From assembly GCA_036172245.1 (NCBI GenBank), contig JAYWIR010000067.1, forward strand, positions 62,001-126,000: a stretch of 64,000 bases of DNA, in the 5' to 3' direction. This DNA is from Raillietiella orientalis (lineage: Eukaryota). The notes below the pieces were generated by a model, which saw nothing but the letters and a program-made list of their open reading frames with translations, did no database searches and had not been told where the DNA came from. Of the stretch, positions 50,291 through 63,520 are shown piece after piece. Position numbers and translations under genes: made by a program. The first letter of the stretch is position 1. Each line of letters opens with the position of its first letter.

Positions 50291-50849
50291 GTGGCAACGA
50301 CCTCTCTGTGAGGTCACTCCCGGCCTTCTAAATCAATATGAAGAACGAAGAAAAGACATCTGAACCAAAGATGTGTCCGAGTTCACGAAGCGACTTCTTC
50401 GTTGCTTAGGTGGCCGTAACACGTAAAAGGGGAAACGAATTCACCCCCACTGCAGGTTGGACCTAGGAAGAACTCGGAAGCACTCGCTTGAGGTGTCATC
50501 TCGCTACGAGGATGGCGTTCGTCCTCGCTGGGGTCTTTCCCCACATCCTACCCTCTGGTTCCATTGCGTGAAAATGGGCACGGACCGGGCGTGAACATGC
50601 GATGTTGTCCGATACGAACGGCAAAGACCATCCAGGCAGGCACTGGTCTTCTGGATCTGCTCTTCGGAAGTTGAGCCGTTGAAGATTCGGGTCAGCAGCC
50701 TCGGAAACGGGAAGGAAACAAAGAAAACAAAGGGCATAAAAAAATGAAAAAACAGACTCGACGAGGAACTGCAAAAGCAGTGGCTCCACTCCTGCCTCGC
50801 ACTGGGTCACACTCGGATTCCGTTTGCAGCTCGCACTCTTTCCACCGGT

Positions 50850-53040
50850 TACTGTGAGCCCCATCGGGGTGGAGTCACTGGCCTTTGCACTGAGATGCAT
50901 GGACAAGCCCAAGGCGGAACCTTCCCGCAGGTGTCAATTCTAATTTCCCTCCTAAGCAGTTCCGTCGAGGTTTCCGTGGCGACCGCAGCTTTCTCCCGCT
51001 TGGTTTCCAGCCTTCCGATTAGGGTTCTCGCCATCTGCACCATAGGGTCACGTAGGTCTCTCCACCTTCCGAAAATGTGCCTGTTCCAGCCGTCTCCTTC
51101 GAGCCCGTCTGCCGCCTCAGACCTGTCCAGTTGTGGGTTAGCGAACGGCAGGCGAACACGTGGACCTTGTTCCTCCTCCCTTCGCACGCCTTCAAGAGCT
51201 CGCTCTGGTGGTCGGCCCTCCGTCCGGAGGTGCCGTCTCCGCATGCCACAAAGAAGACCTCCAGGAGATCATCCGGAATCGCCAAAGCAAGGCGAGGTCT
51301 CCGATGGTTGCACCGATGCAGCTGATGCACCGCCGGGCAACCGCGGCCAGGACCCCCTCATCGCAGTCATTTTTCGTGCTGAGCGATCGTACTTGGGTCC
51401 ATGCACTGCTGTCGTCCTTGACCCTCGAGGGTTGAGTAGGCCTGCATACTTGGCGTCTGATGCATCAGGCAGTTGCTTCCCGTGGATCAGGGGAGTCGTG
51501 GAGGTTTCTGTCCGTTTCTAACTGTTGCCGCCGCCACAGTCCTCGCTGAACCCACTTTTCACCGTCGTTCATGGCAACGGCAGGGTCCAGGAGACCGCCA
51601 GGAGCAATTCTTCTTCACGGAGGCTCTCGTCTGCTCCGAGATCTCCGAGGCTCGCCAACGCTTTTCTCGCAAAGGACGTCGCGAGGTCTCTCGGACTTTT
51701 AGGGGTAGCCCCTTTGATAAGCATGTGGGTCACGCGCCCCAGTGGCGATGACCACCGACGGCAGTAGTTCCTCCTCTCGGTCCTTCCCTTCAGGCCCCTA
51801 GAACCCCTGTCCAGAATGCCCCTCGACCTTCCGAGAGGCTGCGTTCTTCCCGGAATCCTTCGGAGATTGGCTAGGAAGTTCAGTTCTGACTCTCTGAGGT
51901 CGAGGATCTGCACCCTGAGCTCTGACCTCCTCTCTGATCTCAAGGACCTCCACCTGTACCCCCTCAGGGAAAGTTGCGTCCGGCGCAGCGCGTCGCTGGC
52001 GAAGTTCCTTCTTCCAGAAACTCCAGTTTGGTTCTACTGCAGAAATCACGGAAGGTCAGGGTAAGGTCGAGGTTGCGACGCGCCAAGGCTGCTGCGTCTC
52101 TCAGACTGATCCTTTCTGCCTCGATCTGGCAAGGCTGTGGCACCGAAGATGGCGCGTGGGAGTGCACGTGCACGAAGACACCATTGCCAAGATCAGCGCC
52201 ACCTCGGGGTCCGCAGAAGGGGAGGAGGGGAGGGAGAAGCCTTGCGACTCCTGGAAGGGGCAACCCGAACTCCTCCCCCTGTGCTCTGTCCGCTTACCCG
52301 AGAGTCTAAGGGCGTTCTTCCCCCTCGGGGCCTTAGACGGGCGGAGATCGCACTGCCGCCTGAGGTGCCACTGCCGTACCACCCGCGCATCCGTTGAGGA
52401 TGGGGGGGTAAAGCTCGCGCCGCTTCCCCTCTCAGGGTGCCTCCGCGAATGAAGCACCTCTCTCGGATGAGACTGGGGGGAGGACGCCGTTGTCTAGGAG
52501 ACCGCCTGCGACCTCGGCCTGTTCTGAGCAACCATACTGCTCCCTGGGGATGGGAAGGAGAGGAGGAGGAAAGCAGTTCGAAGAGGGAGCCCCAGAACTC
52601 ATACGTTGGAATTCCAGAATAGGTTCTCGTAGGTCCCTCTGCTCCAGATTCAGTTGGACCTCGTAGACCCCGTCTAGGGGTTAGTAGGTCCTGAAGACGA
52701 ACATCCCTCGAGGAAAGGTGGACAGATAGGAGCAGGAAGCAAGCCAGGGAGCGCTCAGCGGGACCACAAGGTACTAATCTGAGGTTTCCTTCCGGACGTG
52801 GGCGGCTCGCCAAGCCGCGAGGCGTGAAGATGCTCCTTGCCGCCGCCATTTTGGTGTCGGCGCCTTCAGCCTCCGCGCAACAGGAAGATCGTCAGGAATG
52901 GCGCAACCGAGAGAAGCTGCCTGCTTAGGGTCTCTGAAATGCTCTGACCCTGAAGTGACAGTCGCGACAGCAAAGGGCCAAGCAGCAAAACGCGAAGCAG
53001 AAAAGGAGAGGCAGGAACCTCGGTCTCCAGGGGCACGAAG
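50850..53040 (-). mobile_element. Decayed LINE ORF2 (endonuclease, linker, start of RT)
   Basis: In order: YEFWGSLFELL (EN), PLDSRVS/SADPEV (~RLD..Y/SDH), WSFWKKELR, QILDLRE, DESLREEELLLAV (~IT.EE...A), KDDSSAWTQVRSLSTKNDCDEGVLAAVARR (~KGD....NWRPISLLN.DYKIL...LA.R), ELLKACE (~D.EKAFD). Confidence 0.55.
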
Positions 53041-53331
53041 CTGACATCTTTTCTTTTTTTTTCGCACAGCATAAAATTTATGAAGGAAGCATTTTATGGT
53101 TGAGCCTGTTGTAGAAAATGTACAGAGGAGGAGATGAGTGCCCGCTCTAAATTAGATCTATTGGAGGGTCAGATGACATATGATGGAAATACAGCAGCAA
53201 TCGGTCCATTCCAAGCAGCATTGGAGTTTGGATTTCGAGCACTCAGAGTGGTCATCTCTCCCTTCTCATTTGCGTAGGGACCGTTTTGCCTTATTTTGAC
53301 TTACTGCTGTACACGGTGGTAGCTCAGAATA

Positions 53332-53440
53332 AATAAAATCCCCTCATCTCCCTCTCAAGGTCGCGACGAATAAAAGTGCAATCATCTTCCTCTTTTAAGG
53401 TCACGGCGAATAAAAAGTCCACTCGTCTCCTTAAGGTCAA
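53332..53440 (+). repeat. Three ~37-40-bp degenerate tandem units, each starting AATAAAA and containing AAGGTC
   Basis: Units begin at 53332, 53369, 53409. Confidence 0.75.
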
Positions 53441-56400
53441 GAGATGCATTGAAAAGTTCTCAACTAGTTTTCACTAGTCATTTCTTCATGGAGTTCCTCC
53501 CAAAGTTTGTCGTTTCATTGTATCCAGAAAGGTCAGTTTGATCGTTTGGTCCACTAAACTCTTCACCCATCTTGTGGAAGCCGAGCTTGTGCTCCTTCAA
53601 GTGCTCCGCTAAGCTCGACTGCCTGGTAGGGGTGGATAGGCAATCGCGTTCGCCCATGTGTCCTGAAAGAACCATGACCACGCAATGAGCACTTGGAGAC
53701 GTGGGGGTGTGAGGTCCTTGGAGCAAACAGCACCGACCGGAGGACCTCTAAGCACTTTCGTGGGTCGGATTCCTCGCTAATATTTCTTCTGCATTCTTTC
53801 TCTCTAAAGATTGCACCCGTGGCTCAGCACAGGAAGACTCAAGGATTTCCTGCTTACGCCCATCATTTGCTGTTCCCGCGAACCCTTGCTCCATTCGCTG
53901 ACAGATGCCATTTCCCATCTTCTGGGGACTTTTCCGAGGAGGATGACGGTCCAGCCTTGCCTTTTTATTATGTTGTATTGATTTCAACTGCGGAAGGATT
54001 TCCTGAGCAGGCTGCGGCTCCATGTAGACGTTCGTTGTGCGTGTAAGGATTTGCGTTTCCTATGTTTTAGGGTGTTCCCACCCCTCGCAGGTTCTTTCAT
54101 TGGATGCCCGTCCCGAGCGACCTTTGCATTGCCTTCCTTGTGCTTCCATCATTCGGAATGCTGTCTTCGCCGTCTGGCTGCGAGTTTTGAGTTTTGCCTC
54201 CGATCGCCATTAAAACTTTTCCCTCGCTCTCATAACGCAGATGCTACTTCCCATTTAGGGACGCCACTTGGCGGGATTTTCCGTCCTCTATCCCGTCTTT
54301 TTGCTCTTCTCTTGAGCGTGCATGCTGTTTTTCTTCAGCCTCCCTTTATCGCAGCTTTTTTTAATCCGGGCCTATTGTTGGCTTTGGGCGTCGTGCTCGG
54401 TGCCGCTCATATTCCTTTCCCCAGAAGGCAACTGGCAACAATGGATTCCACTTCCTTCCGGTCGGCCTGCTATTGGCCGACTCGCAACAATGGGTACTTT
54501 GTCATCCCGTAGGCTTTCCTGCCAGCGCGCCGCCACCGAGCAGCGCCAAAACGTCGATAGAAAGATGAATGGGCCCGGGGGAAGCGTTTGCGTTTGCGAG
54601 ATGGGCGTCTCTCATTGGGAAAAACTTGATCTGCGTTCTCGGAAGCATCCCGTGGAGGCAGAGCTCGCGCACGGGGCCTCGGGGCCATAAAACATGGGTG
54701 TCGCTCCTCGTAAGGGAAAATCCTGCAGATCCAGCGGAAGTTCGGCTCGGAGGCAGTTTCCATCGAAATATCTTTGCCCGAGCAGCCGTTCCAAACTTTT
54801 AGTTTCGTCCGGATCCCGGGGAGCTTCATCCACCGTCGGGTTGCCCTCCCGAGAGGGATGTCGCAAAGAGCGCAGGGTGGTGTGCAGCTTGCGGCTGCCT
54901 CCCGCTGTCGGAGGCAAAGGTCGAGAGTCGAAGCTCCGGTGAACGCCGGTAAATAAGAAAGTGATGCTGGAAATAGGTGAGCATGAGACCAGGGGAAAAA
55001 TAAATTTCCTGCTGCCTGCTGCCGACAAGGGTCCTAAGCATTAAGGCAATTCCAGCGGGTCGGGGAAAAAAAAGTCGGGAGAGGGAAGGAAGGGGGAGGG
55101 GGGAGAAAAATCGGCCAGAAGCCACACAGAAAATATGACGGAAGAAAATGAGCTGGTAGACGGAATAGGACGATGAGCGAGCAAAATCGCTCCTCAGCTC
55201 CGGAAAGAGCAGCTGGGTCTCCCCTGCTTTTCCCAGAGAAAGCGCGCGCCAGGTATCGAAAAGAAACGGTAGACGCGCGCGGCGCGGCTTGAGTTGTGTG
55301 CTTCGCTTCCGAGCGACCGTGGTACGTAGCAACGCATGGTAACCGCAACAATGATCACCAGGCCTCGCGCCATGACATTCAACTTTAGATCGCGAGCGCG
55401 CTGCCGGTGGCAGGTTTTAAAAACTGACCCTCTGGAGACCACCCTCCGTGGGTCCCGCCCCCTCTCCCGCAGAACGCGATATCGGCGCGCATCCATATCT
55501 TAAGGCTCGACGATCTGAAGCGACCAAGAAGCGCGCGGTGGGCCTCAGCCCTTCCCTGCCGGGCTTTCCCGCTCCTGCCTTCCATCCATTGGAAGGTGCG
55601 TAGCAGTTCCGCGAAATCTGTTGCCAATTCACCGTTCCTCCAGAAACACTTTCGCAATTAATGATGACTGGAACGCACGATACAAAACGGGAAAAGTAAG
55701 AGCACAAAAAAGGAAAAGAAAAAAAAAAAGGCGGAGGAGGGGGGGGGGGAAGGAGCGGGAAAAGGGGGAGAAAGAGGCACCGTTGATCCCACAAAGGAAA
55801 AGGGAGCTCTCTCCCGGGAGATGCAACAGCCTGTATTCTTGTGCGGAACTTATCATCCGCAGTTGATTTCATCCTCTAAATCCAGGAGCAGTATCCTCGT
55901 GTAGCTTGCAGCCTGTCGTGCTGTTTACCAGAATGGTGTGAGCGAGCAGGTTAGTAAGGTTTTGCTCCCAGTGCTCCGCGCCGCCCGTGGACTCCCGTGG
56001 GCTATAGCGCGCGCGATCCCCCCAGAGAGCGCGCGCGGCCGACCGCCAGCAGCGCCGGCTCCGGAAGGGAGACGAAGGTGGGTAGCCGGGTGGGGTGAGG
56101 ACGAGAGTGCTGACCCGTGCGGTCCCGGCCGAAATGCTTGCATGCGCGGGTCGCGTCTCGCTCGAGAGATGCGACCCCGGTTCCCGTTCCCTCTTCCTCT
56201 CCGGCTGTTCCTTCACTCGGACCCCCCCTCTTCCCTTCCTTTTCGCAGTTCGGCGGCGAGCGGGCGAACCTCGAGTGACGCAATAAACCGCAACAATAAG
56301 GTTCCTAGGCTAGACGGTAAGATCTAATTTTAGATCACGAGCGGCCGCAATCGGCGGCAGTTTTGTTCAAAAAATGGACCCGTCCGCCTCCCGCAAAGGG

Positions 56401-59400
56401 AAGGTGGGCAGCGAGCAGCCACAGTCGCGGTCTCGTCGCTGCGGAGGTCGGTCCTCGTGCGTCTCCAGAGATGAGGAAGAGGAGGCGCCAAAGGAAAGGG
56501 GGGTGAGGATGCTCGAAAAGGAAAGAATCCCTCACCCCCTCGGAAAGGTGTCTCGACGCTTACGCAGCGCGGAAAGGAGGGAGAGCGCGAAGATCGGACC
56601 GGGAGCTCCCTAAGAGGGAAGGTCGTGGACCGGACCTCGCGTTCCGGAGTGCGTCTCCTGCGACCAGCAGATTCCCTGTGCTGCCCTCCGTCTCCCGGAT
56701 CGTCCCCGGAAACCCCTCAGGGAAGACACGGGGGATCCTCGGAGCCTCAGCTGGATGCACCGTCGAAGCACGAGGCGCCCTCTGGAGACCTAGTCGATTG
56801 CCCGTCTGCAGTCGCGGTCAGCGAACGGGAGGTGACGACGAGCGCGGGTGGGAGAGGGGGAGGGACGAGTTGGCAGCGGCCACGGTCGCTGCCCAGGGCT
56901 CCTCACGCTTCGCCGGTCGGCCGTGTGGAGGTGCCGCAGCCGGAGACGAAGAGACACGCCAGCCAGCCCGCGCTCCTTGCCGTGTGTCCATACCCCTGAG
57001 GGATCATCCACCCGCGCGGAGGCTGAGGCAGGTGGGGTCCCATCGAACGCATCTCCGACCGCCCACCTTCCCCCTGGAGCCTTCCGGTCTGCCCTCTCAA
57101 GCCAGCCTCCCACTTGCGGGATCAGTGCCCCCCAGGCAACCGAAGGGAAGTCCTCTCAAGAGAGGAAGGGCGAGGCGTCCTTCGCGCGTCCCTGCGGAGG
57201 AAGCAAAAGGACTCGAGTCGGGGAGCTTTCCCGCCCCCTTTCCCTACCCTCGTCCAGGTTCCCGAGGAGGGCGACTCCGTCCGGACACTCGCGAGCTGCC
57301 GAGGAGAGCCGGGCGGCTGGATTCCGTCTCGGACGGCGCCGCTGCCTACCCGGACACCTCTGAGGCTGAGTGAATGGAATTGGTCAACCTCCCGGGATCG
57401 AACAGCGGCAGCGACGGCCGGTGCCTTTCTGGGGAAGATGAGGTCGTCCGGAGATCGCAGTTGCTCTTAGGCAGACGAAGTAGCGACGTGGATGGCAGCA
57501 CTTCCCTGATCTTCTCCAGAGCCGGAAAGCGTCGACCTCGACTCCCCCCTCCATGCGTTTCGCCTCCTTCTCTCCAGGCGGCGTTCTCCTCCGCTTCTCT
57601 CGACTCAGGAACCCGTGTCAGCCTGCGCTACGCGGCCTGAGATCTCCCTCGATCTCGTGAAGGGCAAGCCAGGGAGGAGGAAATGCGCCCCGGACAACGT
57701 TGTTCCTCGGGGCTGGGTACCACGCCGGTGCTGACCTCACTCCTGCGCACCGGACTCCGAGGTTGCTACCTAATCCTGTCGTCGTCCCGGACTTCTGACG
57801 GCAAACGTTACATCTCCACGGGTGAGCTCCACCTCCGGCAGGGGTGCAGACGCTGCTCCGGATCGGCTGCAATGCGTCCTCGCCAGCGCCGCAGATGTAA
57901 CCGCTGGCACTCGCTTGGGAAGATGGCGGCGGTGGCTGGCGGAGCCGCGCTGTTGCCATGGTGCGGTCGGAGAGTCGGGACTGGCGCATCCTTCCGCCTC
58001 GAGAGGAGAGCGAACCCGCCTGCAGGGGTCACCGAGCGCGCAACCCAAGGATAGGGTCGGAGGACCAGCGGCGACGCGCACTGAGGAGCGCTGCTCCTTG
58101 GATGGGCGGACGGCCCGGCCGGAAGCCGGGAAAGGTCCCGGCTCGCCTTGCCGGCGTCCGTGTTCCGAGGGCGTCTTCCTCGGCCGAAGTCCGCTCTCGC
58201 TCTCTCCGGGCTTCTCTGAGCCCTCGCCCCGTGGATGGTGGTCCCTTCGGCCTCCCCAGAAACTCCCTGCTCCATGCGTGCGCACCCTTGTGGGCGGTCC
58301 GCGAATTCCCCTGAGGAATGGAGGAGGAAGGTGGTGGTGTCTCGACGGTCTCGGGATGATCCCAGAGGTGGACGCCTCCGTCAGGACCGAAAAGAAGTCC
58401 GATGGGAAAAAGGACGAGGCGCTGGCTCTGGCGTCCTTCGCGCACTCCCCCAGAGGAAGAGAAAGACCTCGGAGTCGGGTCGGAGAGACTTTCTTCTCCC
58501 TTTCCCTACCCCCACCCTAGTTCCCACCCAAGGAAAGCGGCTCCCTCGAAGGAAGGCGGATGCGTCGGAGAGAGGTCTCGGGGGAAGAGAAGGCCACACT
58601 CACAAGACGGGACGGAGGGGCCGTTCCCCCCGACAACGCCTGTTCCCGCGAGAGGGAGGAAGAGGAGCGGGGGGAAGCGGAAACACGTCGTGCGGGGAGA
58701 GGCCGCTCGCGGCCCCCCGCCTCTCCGGGAAGGCCGGGAGCGGAGCGGGAATCCCCCTGCTTCCCGGCCTTCCCGGAGAGCGGAGGACGGGGAAGAGTCC
58801 TTCGCGCACGCGGAGGGAAGAGGAGGGGGAGGGAGGAAGGGTACGGAAGGGGAGAGGAAGAGGAAGCCTTGTCATCTCTGGACCCTCGGAGATCGCCACG
58901 GCGCCAGCTTCTGCCGCGCCAAGATAAGCCCGGAGAGCCCTCTGTCTTCGTTACTTCCGGATCCGCGGAGCGAGGGCTCACACGCACCGGGTCATTCCGC
59001 TCAAGGGGAGGCGAGCGGAGGGACCTTCGCGTTCCTCTGCTCAGGAGCTATCCCGCCCGCGATAAATCCCGGAGGAGCGATCGGTTCCCCCCGCTCGTCC
59101 GGGATCGCTCTGGGAACGCGGTCCTCGTCCACAGGAGCGCGCGCGTCTCGCTTCCTGGTACGATCCCGACGGTCCCCCCCCCCTTCTCCTCCTCTTCTCT
59201 CCGGTTTTTTTCCCTGTCGACCAATCAGAAAACTCCTGGCTGCCAACAGCGGTTGCCCAGCGCTGTCTCGGAAATCTTGGCTTCCGCATAAGGACCTTCC
59301 TTTTTTCCTCAGCTGACGCTCTCCTGGGCTGGAGGTTCCGCGCACGAAGAAGCGTTTCCGACCCCACTCCAGCCTTCCCCTTCCTCCCCCACGCGGGAAG

Positions 59401-60952
59401 ACAGGTGGACATGCGTTTCCAGGGAACGGACGGGCCCCCCACCCCACCCCCTTGTTCCTGCCCGTTCCGCACGCGCGGCCTTCACTTCCCCTCGAGACCT
59501 CTCTCGCTCTCTCTCTCCGCCGGACCCGCCTCCATCAGGGTCGGGCCAGCCCCAGGAGAAGCACTGCCAAGTTGACCGGACTGGCGCGCCCCTGGGCTAT
59601 GGAGGAGCGGGGCTGCCTGCGGACGATGCGCTCGGACTGGGCGCACGGCGGAGTTGACGCTGCCGCCCGCCCACACCGGCACGCGCGCGAGGTGTTTCCG
59701 TCGCGAGAGGGCGGTGATGTTTCCGCCTTCCGGCGAGGGCGCCACTCGACCGCATTCAGACGGAGTGGGGAAGCGTCCTGAGGGGTGGGGTGGGAGATGG
59801 ACCCGCCGCTCCGAAATCATGCCTGGTAGCGGTTTCGAAAGGGACGGGTCGTTCTGCTGAAGGCCATCGCAGCGACCTTGACTCAAGTACTTTGGCTCTC
59901 TGAGGTCGCTTTCGTCCTGTTCCGGACGCAGCGGCCGAGGACCCTTCGTGTGCTCCCAGCTCGCACCGCTTCCGGGAGGCGTCACCGAGCAGTGCGAAGG
60001 AGGAGAGGGGCGGAACGACCGCGCTGCCGAGGGGCAGGTCGCGACTCCTCTCCTCCCCCACCCGGATGGACTACCGGAATGATGTCACGCGGAAGGTGTC
60101 AGTAGGCGTGGCCAAGGTTGCCGAGAGGTCGGCACAAAGCCAAGAACGAGGCGAGGTCACGACTGACGCCGAGGGGCTCCCGTGGCGCCGGTAGAAGCCC
60201 CTAGGCAAAACTCCGAGGCTTCCGCGCACGCGCGAGGACAAGGAAGCCGCAGGCAGCTCAGATTCCTTCGCAGCGCACGTCATGCCCTGTGGACGAGGGG
60301 AGCGTCCCTTCCCCGCTTTGTCGGCGTCCGTTACCCGAGGGAGTCTCCCCGACCGTAGTCCACTCTTGCCTATCCGGGATTCTCCGGACTCTCCCTCCGA
60401 GGCGAGTGGTCCTTTCGGCCTCCTCGGAGGCGACCTCCACCCTTCGTCTGCTCCCTCGTGGTCTGCGGGCCGCGAGCTTTCCTCGAGGCAAAGGGCTCGT
60501 AATGGGGGAGGAGGAAAGTGCGAGGTCTCTGGGTGACCTGGAGATTCAATGTTTCCGTCGGGACATCCTGTCGCCGTCCCGCGTCCCATCCGCAGCGCCT
60601 TCGGTGACCCTACGGAGGGGAGCGCTGCCGGTCGGGGAGCGCACAGGGGAAGATCGCTTGCGGCGCCTCCGCTCGGCCGCCACCATGTTGGTCGGCCCGA
60701 GAATCCTCCTTTTTCCGCCCCGGCGTTCGCGCGCCACGTGCAAGGGTCATCTTGGAGAGGTACGCGAGCCGGCGCGCCAGAAAGGCAAGGGGGCGGCCCC
60801 ACGGTGGAGCAAAGAGGAGGCAAGGTCGCGCCTTGAGTTGACCGCGCCCGCGAGGGGCAGCCTTTTCTCGTGTTCCCCTCTTCCTACTTCTGGAGCGTGG
60901 GCTGCCGGAGGGAACGCCCAGAAACGGGGTTCCTAAATTCCCTTCCTTCCAG

Positions 60953-61053
60953 GGATGGACCTCGGAAACGACGAGCCCGAAGGAGGCGAGTTCGACTTCT
61001 CCAACCCAGAGCTGCACAACGGCACCTTCTACGACACGTACTTTTTCTACCAG
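60953..61053 (+). CDS. Orphan coding exon (MDLGNDEPEGGEFDFSNPELHNGTFYDTYFFYQ); possibly extracellular N-terminus of a membrane receptor
   Basis: Acceptor CCCTTCCTTCCAG| at 60952/3, donor CAG|GTGAAT at 61053/4, strongly C/G-ending codons, acidic/aromatic composition unlike surrounding spurious ORFs, NGT sequon. Product is a guess. Confidence 0.55.
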
Positions 61054-61099
61054 GTGAATGCCCGGCTCCCCCCCATCGCGCCGGGCTTCTGGTTCCGCT

Positions 61100-63520
61100 C
61101 GTCCAGGCCCAACCGGTCTCCATGGACACGCTTGAATCCACGTCATCGGGAAACGAATGGTTGAGCGCGGAGCCCATCGCCTTCTCCATTCGCGCCTCCG
61201 AGGCGAGGCGCCAATTGAGAAGACGTGAATGAGCGACCGAGTCTCGCTGGCCAGAAACGCCCGAGAGCAGTGGTTCGGGAACGAGGCCGGCGCTTCTTCC
61301 GAAATCTGCTGAACATCGGTTTCCGGACTCTCCCAGAAACGTGGCGGAACTTCCAGGGAATGCTGGAAGCGTCGGAACAACGCTAGGGCTCCCCAAGGAG
61401 TAAGCTCTCTGGGAGAAGGGAGCCGCCATCGTCTCCGCTTTCTCTGGAGGTCCAGAATCTGCGGACCCTTTCTTTCTTCCTGCGTGATCCCGCGGCAGCT
61501 CTTCGAGGAAGGTTGGCTGTCATCGCATTCGTCGGCCGGGCCACTCTGGAGATCGCTGCGAGTGCATCGGAGAGTCGGGGCTCTGGTGAGGAGCAAAGAA
61601 GCAGCCGCGAGCTGAGTTCCCAATATGTGACAGGGGCCCTCCCTTCCGTGAGGAACGGAAAAACGAAAAAAAAAGAGCAGATAGTCGAGAAGAGGCGATC
61701 GTGCAGTTTGAGGAGGAGGCGTTGGAACATGAGGAGCTCCCGAGGGAAGCTTTGGACACAGAACTGGCTTGGATCCCTGTGCGAGCATCTCCAGCTGCCC
61801 TGCTCGGCCATCCCCACTCCCAATCAACAACGCCTGCAAAGTGCTGCTGGAACTGAGCGAGCTTCCGCTCACAGCCCTTCCGTTGAAGAAATAATAAGCC
61901 GGCTTCGATAAGTAATGCAAGCAGGCAGTAATGCATGCACTTCCGGAAAAGCGGTGGAAAGGACGGCTGGGCACAAAATTACGTCTCCGAGCAACCTCAG
62001 AGACGCAGAACACGTCGTTGCCGCGCTCAAAAGTCTTCTGGAACTGCGCCGACCGACAAGGAATGCCTGCCAACAATGATCTCGACACTTCTCGTTCATT
62101 GTTGCTCTGGACGGCGCCTACACACGAGCGGATGCCTGCGAACAATGGTCTGCCCAGCCGCAGTTGCGGGTGGTGAAGGAACAGGGAAGTTCGCCGGAGT
62201 AGAGGATGGGAGTGCCTCATTCGGGAAAGCTGGACAATTTTTTCACCTTCTTCCCTCCAAAAAGAAAAAGAAAGACACAGAGACGGAAAAGGACTTCCTG
62301 ATTGCTGCCGCTTTGCGCCCAGTCACCCCTTCTTCCTGCTCCCCTGCAGCCTCGCGAACCTCTAGGAGGAGGAGCCGGGGAGACGGGGAGAACTCGTTAC
62401 CTCGGATATCCAGGGGCTGCGCTCCCCAGGAACATCCCGTGTCCTTGCGTTCGAGAGCCTGCAGCAGCCCTTTTGGTTCTAGGTTCTCCTTCATCCCTCC
62501 CCATCCAGGTAACGCCCTCCACCCACGCGTGGATGCATCAGCTCCTCTGCGACGGCGCCCTAGCTAGGAGCTGCTCCCTTCCTCATCTCGGGGATGACTG
62601 TGGCAGCGAGGGTTCCAGCCAAACAAAATAGGTTGTGCAGGGCAACGGACAGAGCGCGATTTCAACTCGCAAGCCGGCAATTTCTCCGTTGAGCACGTCG
62701 CGCTCGTGAAGCAAAGAGAGAATCGTGGAAGATGAGCACCTCATCCTTCGGAGAGGAGAATGCTGAGTTCAGACCACTCATCCGGATGCCATGCATAGCA
62801 GCGAAGAGAGAGAGAGAGAGAAGAGCCGCTCCGTTGTCCGCTGAGTTTCAGCCGATAGTCGCCCTACTGCTGCAGAAGGATGAGTGTGTCTGGTGCAAGC
62901 TCCTCTCCCTGACTCAGGAGGAGGACTGCCGCCACATTTGCTGCTGGGAGGGAGGAGAAGTGGATCTCGGACTTCGATGACGCCTGGTACCCCTGCAGTC
63001 TTGCAGCCCCGCTTATAGCTCTTGAAGCAGCTCCTCTCTCACCCTCCGTCGACCATGCCGTGACCGAGGTAGAAGGAATTACCCCTGCTGAGGCCTAGCG
63101 CCGCGGCAGAAGCCTTCCGAAGGCGCTGCGCCCCAGGGCGCTGCCCTCGAGAGCTTCGGGGGCCGCTGGGAGGAGTCTCTCCCCCTCAGCAAATCCCGAA
63201 GAGACTAGAAAAGAGTCCTCTGGACCGGTGGCGGCGGCAGAGCTCCCGAGAGAGAAGATGGTCGCTGGACGAAGGCAGGATACGTCCCGCCCTCGAGTCG
63301 CCGACTCTCTCTCCTACTCATCCCCGAGGTCAGCAGCTTCCGGACCACCGCTGCTCGACCAGAGGGCAGGAAATCCAGCAGAGGTGAGCGTCGGATCTCT
63401 GGGTGCTGCACTAGGAAAGCAGCCACTGAAAGAAGTCGGGCGCATCCTCCAGGTGCTGGGGGATCGATCCTTTGCCTCCGGGCTCCCGAAATGAAACACG
63501 CTTCTCACAGGGACGCCGGA
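61100..63520 (-). mobile_element. Decayed LINE ORF1-EN-linker relic
   Basis: QILDLQRK parallels QILDLRES at 51.9 kb; WIQACPWRPVGPG (~KSPGPDG) at ~61.1 kb; knuckle-like CSTQRSDAHLCWISCP at ~63.4 kb. Confidence 0.4.

Noticed and set aside
52840..52855. YY1-like GCCGCCATTTTG as a LINE promoter
   Set aside because: Falls inside the inferred endonuclease relic rather than a 5' end; likely chance.
60610..62220. 536-aa minus-strand ORF as an intact gene
   Set aside because: Only faint decayed LINE-like motifs, no intact catalytic signatures, and it runs antisense over a better-supported exon.
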